Positions 24,272 to 34,129 of a stretch of DNA of 64,000 nt are shown piece by piece (the first letter of the stretch is position 1; each line of letters starts with the position of its first letter). Source of the stretch: Minisyncoccota bacterium (GTDB taxonomy: Bacteria; Patescibacteriota; Minisyncoccia; Phycocordibacterales; Phycocordibacteraceae); assembly GCA_041664265.1 (NCBI GenBank), contig JBAYLD010000004.1:33470-97469 (forward strand), in the 5' to 3' direction. The position numbers and the translations under genes are program-made. The notes under the pieces were generated by a model. The model was not told where the DNA came from, made no database searches, and saw nothing but the letters and a program-made list of their open reading frames with translations.

Positions 24272-26641
24272 ATGAAAGATATGACTGACCCAAACCTCTC
24301 AGAGCGCGATATCTGCACGAAGTACATCACTCCGGCACTCGTGGCGGCAGGGTGGAATATCCAGACTCAAGTCAGAGAAGAATTGAGCTTCACGGCCGGA
24401 CGCATCAATATACGCGGTAAGACCATTTCGCGCGGAGAAAAGAAACGTGCCGACTATGTCCTGTACTATAAAAACAATCTCCCGATCGCTCTTATCGAAG
24501 CGAAAGATGCGAATCACTCGGTTGGTGACGGGATGCAGCAAGCGCTTGCGTATGCTGAAGCACTCGATATCTCGTTTGTCTTCAGCTCAAACGGTGCGGG
24601 GTTTCTGGAGCACGATCGATTGAAAACAGGAGGGGATATTGAACAGGAAATTGCTTTGGAGGCATTTCCGAGCCCGGGTGCCCTTTTTGAACGGTATCAA
24701 CACGGAAAGAATCTGGACGAAGAGGAACGCGATATCCTGCTACAGGAGTATTTCCAAGATGGATCCGGTCGTGGCCCGCGCTACTATCAGATCAATGCCA
24801 TAAATCGCGTGGTAGAAGCGGTCGCAAAGGGCCAGAACCGCATCATGCTCGTCATGGCGACGGGGACCGGCAAGACCTACACCGCATTTCAAATCATTTG
24901 GCGGCTCTGGAAGGCAAAAAAGAAACAGCGCATATTGTTTCTTGTTGATCGAACAGCGCTTGCAGACCAAACAAAGAACAGCGATTTTCGACATTTCGGC
25001 AATGCCATAACGAAGATTGATGGTCCGAAAGTTGATCCGGCCTACGAGGTGTATATCGCGCTCTATCAGGGGCTCATGGGTGGCGAGGAGACAGAGAAAT
25101 TTAAGCAATTTTCACCGGATTTTTTCGATCTGGTCGTAGTGGATGAGTGTCATCGCGGTGTCGCGAGAGATGATGCACTCTGGCGCTCAATCCTCGACTA
25201 CTATGCGAGCGCCACGCATATCGGCCTTACGGCAACTCCTAAGGCAGCTGACGATGCGAATAATTTTGAATATTTCGGCGCGCCTATCTACACCTACTCC
25301 CTCAAGCAGGGGATTGAAGACGGCTTCCTTGCGCCGTATAAAGTCATCCGATACATTTTAGATAAAGACGAATGGCGGCCCGATAGTATGGTGCGCGACA
25401 CGAGTGGCAACCAGATCGAAGATCGCATTTATACCACCGCAGACTACGACACGAAGCTCGTTATAGATGCGCGTGCCAAGCTCGTTGCCGCGAAAATCGT
25501 TGAGTTCATGCGCGAAACCGATCCGATGCAGAAAGCTATCGTTTTTTGTGTCGATCAGGCTCACGCTGAGCGGATGCGCGAAGCGCTCGTCAACGCGAGT
25601 GGGGAATATGCGGCCCAAAATAGCCGCTATGTCGTGCGCATCACCGGTGATGATACCTACGGCAAGCTTGAAATAGATAACTTCACGAATCCCGAATCTC
25701 CGTATCCAGTCATCGCCACTACGTCAAAGTTGCTCTCTACTGGCGTCGATACCCAGACAGTAAAGCTCATCGTGCTTGATGCCCCGATGAACTCTATGAC
25801 CGAATTTAAACAAGTCATCGGCCGAGGCACGCGCATCAACGAGCAGTACGGTAAGTACTACTTCACCATCATGGACTTCCGTAACGTCACACGGCTTTTC
25901 GCCGATAAAGACTTCGACGGTGAGCCGGTCGAGAGTTACGAACGCAAAGTTGAGGAGACACTGCCGATCAAGCGCATTATCGAAGAAGAAACCGTCTCTG
26001 AACGTGAGATCATCGAGCATAATCCGCAAGAAGAAATCCTTATTGATGGAACCGAAGAGAATCCGAAGCCGAAGAAGATACATATCGCTGATGGGGTTAC
26101 CTTCGACGTGATCCATAAGCTGGTGCAGTATATTGATCCAGCGACTGGTAAACTCATCACCGCGTCGCTCCAGGACTACAGTAAGAAGGCTGTCTGTGGT
26201 ATGTATGCTTCGCTTGAAGACTTCCTCAACCGATGGAACGCTACCGAGCGCAAAGAAGTGATTATCAGTGAGCTCGCCGAGCGTGGCGTTATCTTTGATG
26301 AGCTTCGCGCAGAGGTAGGGCAGGAGTGCGACGTGTTCGACCTCATCACACAGGTCGCTTTTGGCAAGAAGCCGCTCACACGGAGTGAGCGGCTGAAGAA
26401 CGTGAGGCAGAGCGACTACTTCGCCAAATATGAGGGTCAGGCACGCGAGATTATTAATCACCTCTTAGAGAAGTATGCCGAGTATGGCATTACTGCCATA
26501 GACGACATCGGTGACTTGCAGGTCTCGCCCTTTAGTGATTATGGCGCGCCGGTTGAGATCGTGGATGGTATCTTCGGCGGTCGCGAGCAATATTTACAAG
26601 TTGTTCGCGAGATCGAGCGGCAGTTGTATAGTGCTTCGTAG
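24272..26641 (+). CDS. hsdR: Type I restriction enzyme R subunit
   Basis: HsdR N-terminal nuclease region, helicase motif I VMATGTGKT and motif II VVDECHRG. Confidence 0.9.
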   Translation: MKDMTDPNLSERDICTKYITPALVAAGWNIQTQVREELSFTAGRINIRGKTISRGEKKRADYVLYYKNNLPIALIEAKDANHSVGDGMQQALAYAEALDISFVFSSNGAGFLEHDRLKTGGDIEQEIALEAFPSPGALFERYQHGKNLDEEERDILLQEYFQDGSGRGPRYYQINAINRVVEAVAKGQNRIMLVMATGTGKTYTAFQIIWRLWKAKKKQRILFLVDRTALADQTKNSDFRHFGNAITKIDGPKVDPAYEVYIALYQGLMGGEETEKFKQFSPDFFDLVVVDECHRGVARDDALWRSILDYYASATHIGLTATPKAADDANNFEYFGAPIYTYSLKQGIEDGFLAPYKVIRYILDKDEWRPDSMVRDTSGNQIEDRIYTTADYDTKLVIDARAKLVAAKIVEFMRETDPMQKAIVFCVDQAHAERMREALVNASGEYAAQNSRYVVRITGDDTYGKLEIDNFTNPESPYPVIATTSKLLSTGVDTQTVKLIVLDAPMNSMTEFKQVIGRGTRINEQYGKYYFTIMDFRNVTRLFADKDFDGEPVESYERKVEETLPIKRIIEEETVSEREIIEHNPQEEILIDGTEENPKPKKIHIADGVTFDVIHKLVQYIDPATGKLITASLQDYSKKAVCGMYASLEDFLNRWNATERKEVIISELAERGVIFDELRAEVGQECDVFDLITQVAFGKKPLTRSERLKNVRQSDYFAKYEGQAREIINHLLEKYAEYGITAIDDIGDLQVSPFSDYGAPVEIVDGIFGGREQYLQVVREIERQLYSAS

Positions 26642-26644
26642 GCC

Positions 26645-28087
26645 ATGGTTGACATTCAGAACATCATCAAGGCGATTCAGGACATCATGCGCAAGGATGC
26701 GGGGGTCGACGGTGATGCCCAACGTCTGTCACAACTCGTCTGGATGCTCTTCCTCAAGATTTTCGATGACCGAGAAAAGAATCAAGAATACATAGACCCC
26801 ACGTATCGCTCGCCGATACCCGAGAAGCTTCGCTGGCGGAGCTGGGCAGCTGATTCAGAGGGCATGACGGGCGAAGAGCTCCATTCTTTTATCGACAAAG
26901 AGCTTTTCCCGGCGCTCAAGAATATCCCACTGGGCAATGTTGAATCATCGGCTGGCATCGTGCGGGGTGTTTTTACCGACTCTTATAACTATATGAAGAA
27001 CGGTACGCTCATTCGGCAGGTCGTGAACAAGATTCAAGAGATCAATTTCAATAAGAAAAACGATCGGCATCAATTCGGCGATTTGTACGAGAAATTGCTT
27101 AAAGATCTCCAGAGTGCCGGGAACGCGGGCGAGTTCTACACGCCGCGCCCGCTCACGAAATTTGTGGTGGAGATGATGGCTCCCATGCTTGGTGAAAGTG
27201 TCCTTGACCCTGCTTGCGGCACCGGCGGCTTTCTCATAAACGTGCTCGAATACGTTCGAGCACACGAGGTCAAGACGGCCGCAAATGAGAAGAAACTTGA
27301 AGCATCGGTACACGGGGTGGAGCTGAAGCCGCTCCCGCACCTCCTCGCGACTACCAACTTCATGCTGCACGATGTGGAAATTCCTTCTACGGTGCGACGT
27401 GATGATATGCTCGCCAAGCCACTGACACAATATGGTCCCAGTGATCGTGTAGATATCATCGTGGCAAATCCACCATTCGGTGGGATGGTGCAGGATGGCA
27501 CTCAAGCTAACTTCCCGAGTGAGTTACGAACTAAAGACACCGCGTTACTCTTTCTCCAGCTGTTCATTCATCTCTTGAAGCCACAAGGCCGAGCTGGAAT
27601 CGTATTGCCCGATGGCGTTCTCTTTGGTGAGGGCGTTGCGAGCAAGATAAAAGAGAAGCTTCTGACCGAATGCAATGTGCATACGATCGTGCGACTCCCG
27701 CAGGGTGTTTTCAGTCCCTACGCGGGCGTGAACACGAACCTAGTCTTCTTCGAGAAGGGAACTCCCACAAAAGAAATTTGGTACTACGCGATGCCGCTCC
27801 CAGAAGGCTTGCGACAATACAGCAAGGGCACGCCGATTAAAGATTCTGAATTTGAACCCGTGAAGAAATGGTGGGGTGGGGTAGAGCGCAAGGGGCGCAA
27901 GGCGAGCGAGTACACATGGAAAGTCTCCATCGATGATATCCGTGCTCGCAACTACAACCTCGACTTCAAGAACCCCAACGCCCCCGCCGCCACCGAACAT
28001 AAAACTCCGAAAGAACTTCTGGTCGATATTGAAAGTAAGGAAAAACAAATCTCCGCGCTGTTGGGGGAGATGAAAAAGGAGATATGA
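26645..28087 (+). CDS. hsdM: Type I restriction-modification N6-adenine methyltransferase subunit
   Basis: VLDPACGTGGFL and NPPFGG motifs. Confidence 0.9.
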   Translation: MVDIQNIIKAIQDIMRKDAGVDGDAQRLSQLVWMLFLKIFDDREKNQEYIDPTYRSPIPEKLRWRSWAADSEGMTGEELHSFIDKELFPALKNIPLGNVESSAGIVRGVFTDSYNYMKNGTLIRQVVNKIQEINFNKKNDRHQFGDLYEKLLKDLQSAGNAGEFYTPRPLTKFVVEMMAPMLGESVLDPACGTGGFLINVLEYVRAHEVKTAANEKKLEASVHGVELKPLPHLLATTNFMLHDVEIPSTVRRDDMLAKPLTQYGPSDRVDIIVANPPFGGMVQDGTQANFPSELRTKDTALLFLQLFIHLLKPQGRAGIVLPDGVLFGEGVASKIKEKLLTECNVHTIVRLPQGVFSPYAGVNTNLVFFEKGTPTKEIWYYAMPLPEGLRQYSKGTPIKDSEFEPVKKWWGGVERKGRKASEYTWKVSIDDIRARNYNLDFKNPNAPAATEHKTPKELLVDIESKEKQISALLGEMKKEI

Positions 28088-28779
28088 AAAAATCATTTAA
28101 GACAAAATTCAATATTTTCTTACGGAAAGAACCGAACAGAGCTTCTGAAGGCGTCTTGATTCCTGCCGGAACAAAAATTGAAGGTCTAGAAACGGTTAAA
28201 GGGGAGAGTGTAGAAGATATAGACAATTGGTACAAAAACGAAAATGGATTGTATTTTTGGGCCGGTGGTGTAGAAGAAATTACATCAGAAAGCCCGAGCT
28301 TTATTTGGCCAGTTGAGTCAATTTACAAAAAAATAACAACTCCCTTCTCAGAAAAATGGATTCTCAATTTGAAGAAAAAACACACAGGTGTAGATATTGC
28401 CGTGCCAGTTGGTAAAGAAGTTTACGTAGTCGCAGACTGTGTTGTTAGAAAAATTGGCTGGCTCGATCAGAAAAAAACGATGGCTCAATATGTGACGGTT
28501 GAGCATGATTCCAGTGGATACTGCTCTGCTTATTTGCATATTGATCCTGCGGTAAAAAAGGATGACAAACTAAAAGCAAAAGATATCGTTGGGCATACGG
28601 CCCAATTGATAGACATGGGTTCTCACCTGCATTTCAATTTTTGGAAAGGGACATATAACGACTTACTTTGTCGTGGGGCACTCCCGTCTTTAGAATTTGC
28701 AGGAACAATACATCCCGTGAGTGACCCTGCTTTCCCTTCAAATTTTGTGGATCCCATGTCAGTCTTGTATCTCGATTAA
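28084..28779 (+). CDS. M23 (LytM/lysostaphin-type) metallopeptidase with an SH3b-like N-terminal domain. No signal peptide. AT-rich.
   Basis: HTGVDIA (HxxxD) and GSHLHF (HxH) motifs. The ATGA overlap with the hsdM stop indicates translational coupling. Confidence 0.65.
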   Translation: MKKSFKTKFNIFLRKEPNRASEGVLIPAGTKIEGLETVKGESVEDIDNWYKNENGLYFWAGGVEEITSESPSFIWPVESIYKKITTPFSEKWILNLKKKHTGVDIAVPVGKEVYVVADCVVRKIGWLDQKKTMAQYVTVEHDSSGYCSAYLHIDPAVKKDDKLKAKDIVGHTAQLIDMGSHLHFNFWKGTYNDLLCRGALPSLEFAGTIHPVSDPAFPSNFVDPMSVLYLD

Positions 28780-28783
28780 GGGT

Positions 28784-29536
28784 ATGACCTGCCTAACAAA
28801 AAAATCAAAAGAGATAAGTTCTCTTGATTTAAGTAATCAGAAGGGAATGATGGACTTTTTACGAGCACCAACGGTAAAGATCGCAGAATTTATTACCGGC
28901 GTTCTTGTTTCAGAACAAAAGGATTGGAAATTTTCGGCAGGCAAACTTGTACAAGCTGCTATAAAAGGAAATCTACTTACTCAACTAGGGCGAGAAATAG
29001 AAAAATATCGCAATGAAGGTAGGATTAAAGAGGATTATTTCGCGACTCATAAAAATCAAGCCTCGCTCTATGAGTTATTGAAGTTTTTAGACGAAGAAGT
29101 ACCGGACGAAGAACTTTTTAAAGCAATTAAATCTATTTTCTTTGCAGGTATAAGTGTCGATTCAGATGCGCAAAACGAGGCTTTAGCATATGAATTTTTG
29201 CAAACTGCAAAAAAATTGAATGGAACAGAGATTCTGATTCTAAAAGCCAATTTTGATATTGTGCGAGGTCACCCAATAGCCGAAGTACAAAAACGTATGG
29301 AAGACACAAGTAATAACCACAATAGAGGACGCTGGCGCAAATTTATTTCGATTCAGATGGGTTACAGCGATTTTGATGCCGTAGTACGTAAATATGAGGC
29401 TCATCTTGAAGAGTTGTGTCTGATTACACCTCGCAATGAAGATAACCGATTTGTCAATGATTATGAACCTTCTCAAAAATTCCGACTTACTGAAATTGGA
29501 TTTAAATTTTGTGAGTTTATGACCAAATATGAATAG
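28784..29536 (+). CDS. Hypothetical protein, possibly HEPN-like. AT-rich.
   Basis: Contains RKYEAH (Rx4H). Its end overlaps the hsdS start (ATGAATAG). No confident family assignment. Confidence 0.45.
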   Translation: MTCLTKKSKEISSLDLSNQKGMMDFLRAPTVKIAEFITGVLVSEQKDWKFSAGKLVQAAIKGNLLTQLGREIEKYRNEGRIKEDYFATHKNQASLYELLKFLDEEVPDEELFKAIKSIFFAGISVDSDAQNEALAYEFLQTAKKLNGTEILILKANFDIVRGHPIAEVQKRMEDTSNNHNRGRWRKFISIQMGYSDFDAVVRKYEAHLEELCLITPRNEDNRFVNDYEPSQKFRLTEIGFKFCEFMTKYE

Positions 29537-30656
29537 TGTGCGAACAAAAAAACTAGGGGAGGTTTTGGAGAAGATTCCGAAGATTGTCGGTGTGCTTACA
29601 AAAGATTATCTAGACGAGGGAATGTTTCCAATCGTAGACCAAGGGCAATCGTTTATTGCCGGTTATACCAATGATATTGCAAGTGTTTACTGTGGAGAAT
29701 TGCCAGTAGTTATTTTTGGCGACCATACACGGGCAATGAAGTTCATCGATTTTCCGTTTGCTATTGGTGCGGATGGAACAAAGATTCTGAAACCGACAAG
29801 CGAATTTGATGCAAAATTCTTTTATTATTTTTTACTGTCGATAAATATTCCAGCCAGAGGTTACGCGAGGCACTACTCGTTACTTAGAGAGTTTAAAATC
29901 CCATTGCCGACGGTGGGGGAGCAGAAGAAAATTGTGGCGAGGATAGAAAAGCAGTTTGCGAAGATTGATGAGGCCGCATGCCTGCGTGCAGAATCGCTTG
30001 CTTCGACTGAACAAATTTTTCCTGCTATCCTCCACGAAATTTTTTCCTCTGCCGAATCAAAAGAGTGGGGATTAGTGAGCATCACCAACGAGGCTTTCTT
30101 TCAAGAAGGCCCGGGCATCCGTTCATATGAGTATGAAGACGACGGCTATCCAATGATTAATGTTCGTTGCGTTCAGGATGGGCGTATCAATCTCACGGGC
30201 GGTAAGGCAGCGTCGCGCGAATTGGCGGAGGGAAAGTGGAAACATTTTCAAGTGCAGGTGGGGGATATTCTCTTCACCACATCTGGCACCATAGGCCGTG
30301 TTGCGGTCGTTCAGGAGTATGACCTGCCACTCCTTATGAATACGAGCGTCGTTCGTTTTCGCACGCTTGACGAAAGTCGGCTAGCAAATGATTTCTTGTA
30401 TTGGGTTCTTCGGTCGCCTGATTTTGTAAACGGGCTCAAAGTGCAAAGTACGGGTTCAGCTCAGCAAAACGTCGGGCCGTCGCACATTAAGAAAATGCAA
30501 ATTCCCCTGCCACCCCTCGCTGAGCAGAAGGAGATTGTGAAGAAGCTCGATGCCTTGTCTGAGAAGGTTCGGGCGCTGCAGGAGCTTCAATCCGCCCAAG
30601 CCACCGACCTGAAGGCTCTCAAGCAGTCCATTTTGCATGAGGCGTTTTCTGGATAA
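29529..30656 (+). CDS. hsdS: Type I restriction-modification specificity subunit
   Basis: Two target-recognition domains separated by conserved LP(T/P)(V/L)(G/A)EQKKIV repeats. Confidence 0.85.
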   Translation: MNSVRTKKLGEVLEKIPKIVGVLTKDYLDEGMFPIVDQGQSFIAGYTNDIASVYCGELPVVIFGDHTRAMKFIDFPFAIGADGTKILKPTSEFDAKFFYYFLLSINIPARGYARHYSLLREFKIPLPTVGEQKKIVARIEKQFAKIDEAACLRAESLASTEQIFPAILHEIFSSAESKEWGLVSITNEAFFQEGPGIRSYEYEDDGYPMINVRCVQDGRINLTGGKAASRELAEGKWKHFQVQVGDILFTTSGTIGRVAVVQEYDLPLLMNTSVVRFRTLDESRLANDFLYWVLRSPDFVNGLKVQSTGSAQQNVGPSHIKKMQIPLPPLAEQKEIVKKLDALSEKVRALQELQSAQATDLKALKQSILHEAFSG

Positions 30657-30660
30657 GCCC

Positions 30661-30680
30661 TTAAGGTGTCACCTTACGGG
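30661..30680. repeat. PAL-A copy: taaggtgtcaccttacgg
   Basis: GGTGTCACC core with CCTTACGG arms. Confidence 0.75.
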
Positions 30681-30779
30681 CTTAAGAAGGGCTATATTGG
30701 GTTGGATAAATTGCCGTATTTTGTACTCCTCACCTCGTAGCCATTGACTAGATTGAGTATCCGATCAAGGATCGGTTAT

Positions 30780-31208
30780 ATGGACATAAGTCGAGAACTT
30801 GCGATCGAAATCCTAAAATACCTAGATGAACACTCGGGCTTCTATTTTCCGTTTTTAGTCATGTGCAAGGAATATTCTGATGAGGATAATAACTTCGTCG
30901 AGATCGAGCCGGATGAATGGCGGATGATTAAAGAGGATGACAAATATCAGACTTTCCAGCTCTGGGAGAATCTTCAAAACCTAGACAAAGAAACGCTCGA
31001 CCTTATGTCGCGGGGATTTATCCAGAAGATCACGAACATTTCACTAGAATTTCACATCGCTACGTTGGCAAAAAGTTATCGAAATGAGTGGAAGAAGCAT
31101 CTGCCAGAAAACGAGAAAATAGGGGCTTATGGTTTCAATGAATTCATCGGTGGTAAGGCAGAAGGATACGAAGATTGTCTTGATTTGATCAAATCTTACA
31201 TAAATTAA
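30780..31208 (+). CDS. Hypothetical protein, AT-rich cassette gene
   Basis: Intact ORF bounded by PAL repeats. No family recognised. Confidence 0.4.
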   Translation: MDISRELAIEILKYLDEHSGFYFPFLVMCKEYSDEDNNFVEIEPDEWRMIKEDDKYQTFQLWENLQNLDKETLDLMSRGFIQKITNISLEFHIATLAKSYRNEWKKHLPENEKIGAYGFNEFIGGKAEGYEDCLDLIKSYIN

Positions 31209-31211
31209 CCT

Positions 31212-31260
31212 CCGTAAGGTGACACCTTGGATACTTTGGGTACATAGGGCTCGATGTAGC
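31212..31260. repeat. Partial PAL-A copy (ccgtaaggtgacacctt) plus a degenerate PAL-B copy (ggtacatagggctcgatgtagc)
   Basis: Sequence match to the two repeat families. Confidence 0.65.
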
Positions 31261-31325
31261 AAGGGTAGATTCTGGGAATATGTTAGAACCTTTCGTTCTT
31301 TGGTATACAAGAGTATGCTGATTTT

Positions 31326-32222
31326 ATGGCGGATAGTGAAAAAACTAAGTCGTTGACGGCAGACGATTTTAAAAAGAAGTTCAATCTTGAAAACATAAGC
31401 TTCCCGGAGCCATTGGCGTTTTCCAACGCTATCGGTATTGGAGTTAAGAAGGTATACCCAACAGGTTTTGCATCTGTGTATGGGGTTGAGATAGCACGAC
31501 ACAAACCTCAACCGACCTCTAGAAAAAGTTTATTTGCACACGTTGCGTATGGAAAAGATACACCGGAAGGGGTTATCTTAATGTCGGACAAAAAATTGTC
31601 CGATCCGATTGACTTAAACTTTGACGATGAGTTCTCGTTCGATTTACAAACGGATAAGTTTTATTACAAAGATCAGGAAATTCGGCCAGAGGAGATTTTC
31701 ACTATTATTGACAAGGCTCACAAAAAACCCTCGCAGCCAATTACTGGGTTTCCCTTAAGATGCAAACTTTGGTTTTGGAGAAAATTCCTCACAGGCGTCA
31801 TAAAATATCTCGATATTTTCTTAATAGGACTGCTGTGGGTAATTTCTGGAGAGCGAATCAAGGGAGGTATTTGGAGGCGCATCATCAACATACACTCAGA
31901 TAAGCGATACCAAATAGAAGGGAAAGACGGTTTATTTGAGGAGGCAAGAACAATGGAATTTTTTGGATATAAGGCAAAACGATGGTCCGTCGTTTTCTAT
32001 TGTGTTCTGCACCTGACCATTTTCTCTATTTTCTTCTGGAAGAAGGTTTCGTATTCATTTATTGATCAAGTGTTCAGTAGCAATTTTCTTGCTCTTTGTT
32101 ATGTTGTAGTTTCATTTGCGACCACCGAATCGTTGGTGCCCAGGCTACTAAAATCAGCAATAAATGAACTGACTCCGAGGATGTTTAGCAATATCTCGGA
32201 TAAGAAACTTGCAATAAGCTAA
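31326..32222 (+). CDS. Hypothetical protein with a C-terminal multi-TM region. AT-rich.
   Basis: Intact ORF with an N-terminal soluble part and C-terminal hydrophobic helices. Confidence 0.4.
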   Translation: MADSEKTKSLTADDFKKKFNLENISFPEPLAFSNAIGIGVKKVYPTGFASVYGVEIARHKPQPTSRKSLFAHVAYGKDTPEGVILMSDKKLSDPIDLNFDDEFSFDLQTDKFYYKDQEIRPEEIFTIIDKAHKKPSQPITGFPLRCKLWFWRKFLTGVIKYLDIFLIGLLWVISGERIKGGIWRRIINIHSDKRYQIEGKDGLFEEARTMEFFGYKAKRWSVVFYCVLHLTIFSIFFWKKVSYSFIDQVFSSNFLALCYVVVSFATTESLVPRLLKSAINELTPRMFSNISDKKLAIS

Positions 32223-32224
32223 CT

Positions 32225-32260
32225 GGGTACATGGATACATAGGTAGTCCTATGTAGGCAA
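32225..32260. repeat. Degenerate PAL-B copy: gggtacatggatacataggtagtcctatgtaggcaa
   Basis: Shares the ACATAGG..CCTATGT stem. Confidence 0.55.
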
Positions 32261-32428
32261 AGGTTTTTGCGAGGCGGTGATACAATAGTCGCATGCACCT
32301 AAGCTACCTAATGGGCGGAAAAGATATTTCAGATTCTGACTTGGAGAAGTTGAGGATTGAGATAGTTGAGGGCGATGCTGATGGGGACCGGAAATTGAAG
32401 ATTCCTGATGATAAGCGCGCCGATGTGG

Positions 32429-32474
32429 TTACATAGGGCTGCCCTATGTAAGCCCGTAAGGTGTCACCTTACGG
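32429..32474. repeat. PAL-B (ttacatagggctgccctatgtaa) followed by PAL-A (ccgtaaggtgtcaccttacgg)
   Basis: Both are perfect palindromes. The downstream aagtgataagat box precedes the next ATG. Confidence 0.85.
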
Positions 32475-32492
32475 AAGTGATAAGATGCCGGT

Positions 32493-32738
32493 ATGAAAAA
32501 GGTTTTTGCGGAGGCGGGGATGGGGAACGGGACATTTTTCTCGACTGAGTTCGAAGAGGGAGAGAGCGAATATCGAGTCCTAAAATTTATTCGACCTGAC
32601 AAAGTAGACGGATATTATTTACGCTTTTGGCTGTTCAAAACTGTTTTCGTCTTGTCTACCAATCACGGGTTTGAGATGAAGAAAAAAGATAGAAACAGGC
32701 TAAAGATCTTGTTCGGTATCGGCGGGGAGAACCCGTAG
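32493..32738 (+). CDS. Hypothetical small protein (81 aa)
   Basis: An ORF whose 5' region is duplicated in degenerate form at 32256..32290. Confidence 0.35.
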   Translation: MKKVFAEAGMGNGTFFSTEFEEGESEYRVLKFIRPDKVDGYYLRFWLFKTVFVLSTNHGFEMKKKDRNRLKILFGIGGENP

Positions 32739-32739
32739 G

Positions 32740-32838
32740 TACATAGGGCTGCCCTATGTAGGCAAGTTGTTTAGTGAGCACGGGTAGTAAATCCGTAAGG
32801 TGTCACCTTACGCAGAGCCGTAAGGAAACACCTTACGG
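32740..32838. repeat. PAL-B (tacatagggctgccctatgta) + PAL-A (ccgtaaggtgtcaccttacg) + variant PAL-A (ccgtaaggaaacaccttacgg)
   Basis: Three palindromes lie in about 100 bp. The aagtgataaaat box precedes the next ATG. Confidence 0.85.
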
Positions 32839-32858
32839 AAGTGATAAAATAGAGCGAT

Positions 32859-33098
32859 ATGAAGACAAACAAATGCGAGAGTTGTTTGATGCCGTTTGTG
32901 CAAGACCCAGGGGTGCGGGAGTCAGATAAATATTGCAGTTATTGTTACGGAGACGGGAAGCTCCGATATGAAGGCGATCTGAAGGGATTTCAGGAGGTTG
33001 CCTATAAGGAGATGACGGGGCATGGGATGAATAAATGGAAAGCGAAATTCTTCACCTGGCTGATTCGTTTCGCCCCGAGGTGGCAAGGTCGGGGTTAG
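32859..33098 (+). CDS. Putative zinc-ribbon domain protein (CESC...CSYC)
   Basis: Two CxxC pairs near the N-terminus. Confidence 0.5.
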   Translation: MKTNKCESCLMPFVQDPGVRESDKYCSYCYGDGKLRYEGDLKGFQEVAYKEMTGHGMNKWKAKFFTWLIRFAPRWQGRG

Positions 33099-33103
33099 TA
33101 AAT

Positions 33104-33142
33104 CCGCAAGGTGACACCTCGCGGCGAGGTGTCACCTTGCGG
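33104..33142. repeat. PAL-A2: a 39-bp perfect palindrome ccgcaaggtgacacctcgc-g-gcgaggtgtcaccttgcgg
   Basis: The reverse complement of the left 19 nt equals the right 19 nt exactly. Confidence 0.9.
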
Positions 33143-33196
33143 ACACAGACACAGAGCCATGGGTTCAAATGTTTTTTGTTTCATACCTTGAAATAG

Positions 33197-33227
33197 ACGA
33201 TTAACTCAACGGGTTGAGTTAATCGTC
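33197..33227. terminator. Hairpin gacgattaactcaac-ggg-ttgagttaatcgtc with a 14-bp stem. It overlaps the sppA stop.
   Basis: Perfect 14-bp inverted repeat. Confidence 0.55.
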
Positions 33228-34090
33228 TACGGCCAACAAACATCCGGCGTTTCGCCCATATCCGCTTCGAGCTTCTGCCACACTTCTGCTTTGGTCCCTA
33301 TTTGATCAACAAGGCCATTCTGGAGAGCCATCGCGCCGAGCATAGTGGAGCCGTCCGCAAGCGCAGTCACTTTTTCAAGCGAAAGGTCGCGATTTGCCGC
33401 TACTGCGTTGATAAAATTCTGCAGGACGATATCGAGGTCGCGTTGTATCAGCGAACGCTCGTCGTCGGTGAGCGGTCGATCCGGCGTGCCGGTGTCCTTG
33501 TACTTGCCCGTCGACAGTTGATTGAAAGTCAAACCATCTTTCGCGTTCTTTTTCACATTGTCGAGATACGACATCGTGACCCCGATGCTCCCGACATCTG
33601 AATTCTCAGAAGCGATGACAGTGTCGGCCGCGCTCGCAATCCAATACGCGGCTGAATAAGCATTCTCGCGCACCCATGCGATCGAGGGTTTGCCGAAGTT
33701 CTTCACCGCGCTCGCTATTTCGTCGGCGGCAACAGGAGAGCCGCCGCCCGAGTCGATTTCAAGAACAACTGCCTTAATCTGTGGATTGTTCGCTGCCTCT
33801 TCAAGAGCCCATATAACATCTTCAGAAGAAGTGACGGTATCGCAGTAACTATCGCTCGTGTCGGAAGAATCATTGACGTCGGGTTCGTAGGTGAGCAGGC
33901 ATCCGCGGATCTCGATACCAAGCACATTGCAATTCTCATCATAGTCAGAGGACTCATAAGAAGAATCAGTAGCGCTTGAATTTGGATTAAGGTATGAACC
34001 CGCAGTAACGCCGGCAAGGGTACCAAGAGCGATCAGAATAAATATAGAGACGAATTCTTTTATCTTGCCGTACATGTTCTTGTCAAACAT
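33227..34090 (-). CDS. sppA: Signal peptide peptidase SppA (S49 family, 36K type)
   Basis: VVLEIDSGGGSPVAADEI and the ClpP/crotonase-like fold, with an N-terminal TM helix. Confidence 0.8.
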   Translation of the reverse strand: MFDKNMYGKIKEFVSIFILIALGTLAGVTAGSYLNPNSSATDSSYESSDYDENCNVLGIEIRGCLLTYEPDVNDSSDTSDSYCDTVTSSEDVIWALEEAANNPQIKAVVLEIDSGGGSPVAADEIASAVKNFGKPSIAWVRENAYSAAYWIASAADTVIASENSDVGSIGVTMSYLDNVKKNAKDGLTFNQLSTGKYKDTGTPDRPLTDDERSLIQRDLDIVLQNFINAVAANRDLSLEKVTALADGSTMLGAMALQNGLVDQIGTKAEVWQKLEADMGETPDVCWP

Positions 34091-34129
34091 TGCTTCGAGT
34101 ATAGCACCCGTGTTTGGGTTAAAATGGTA

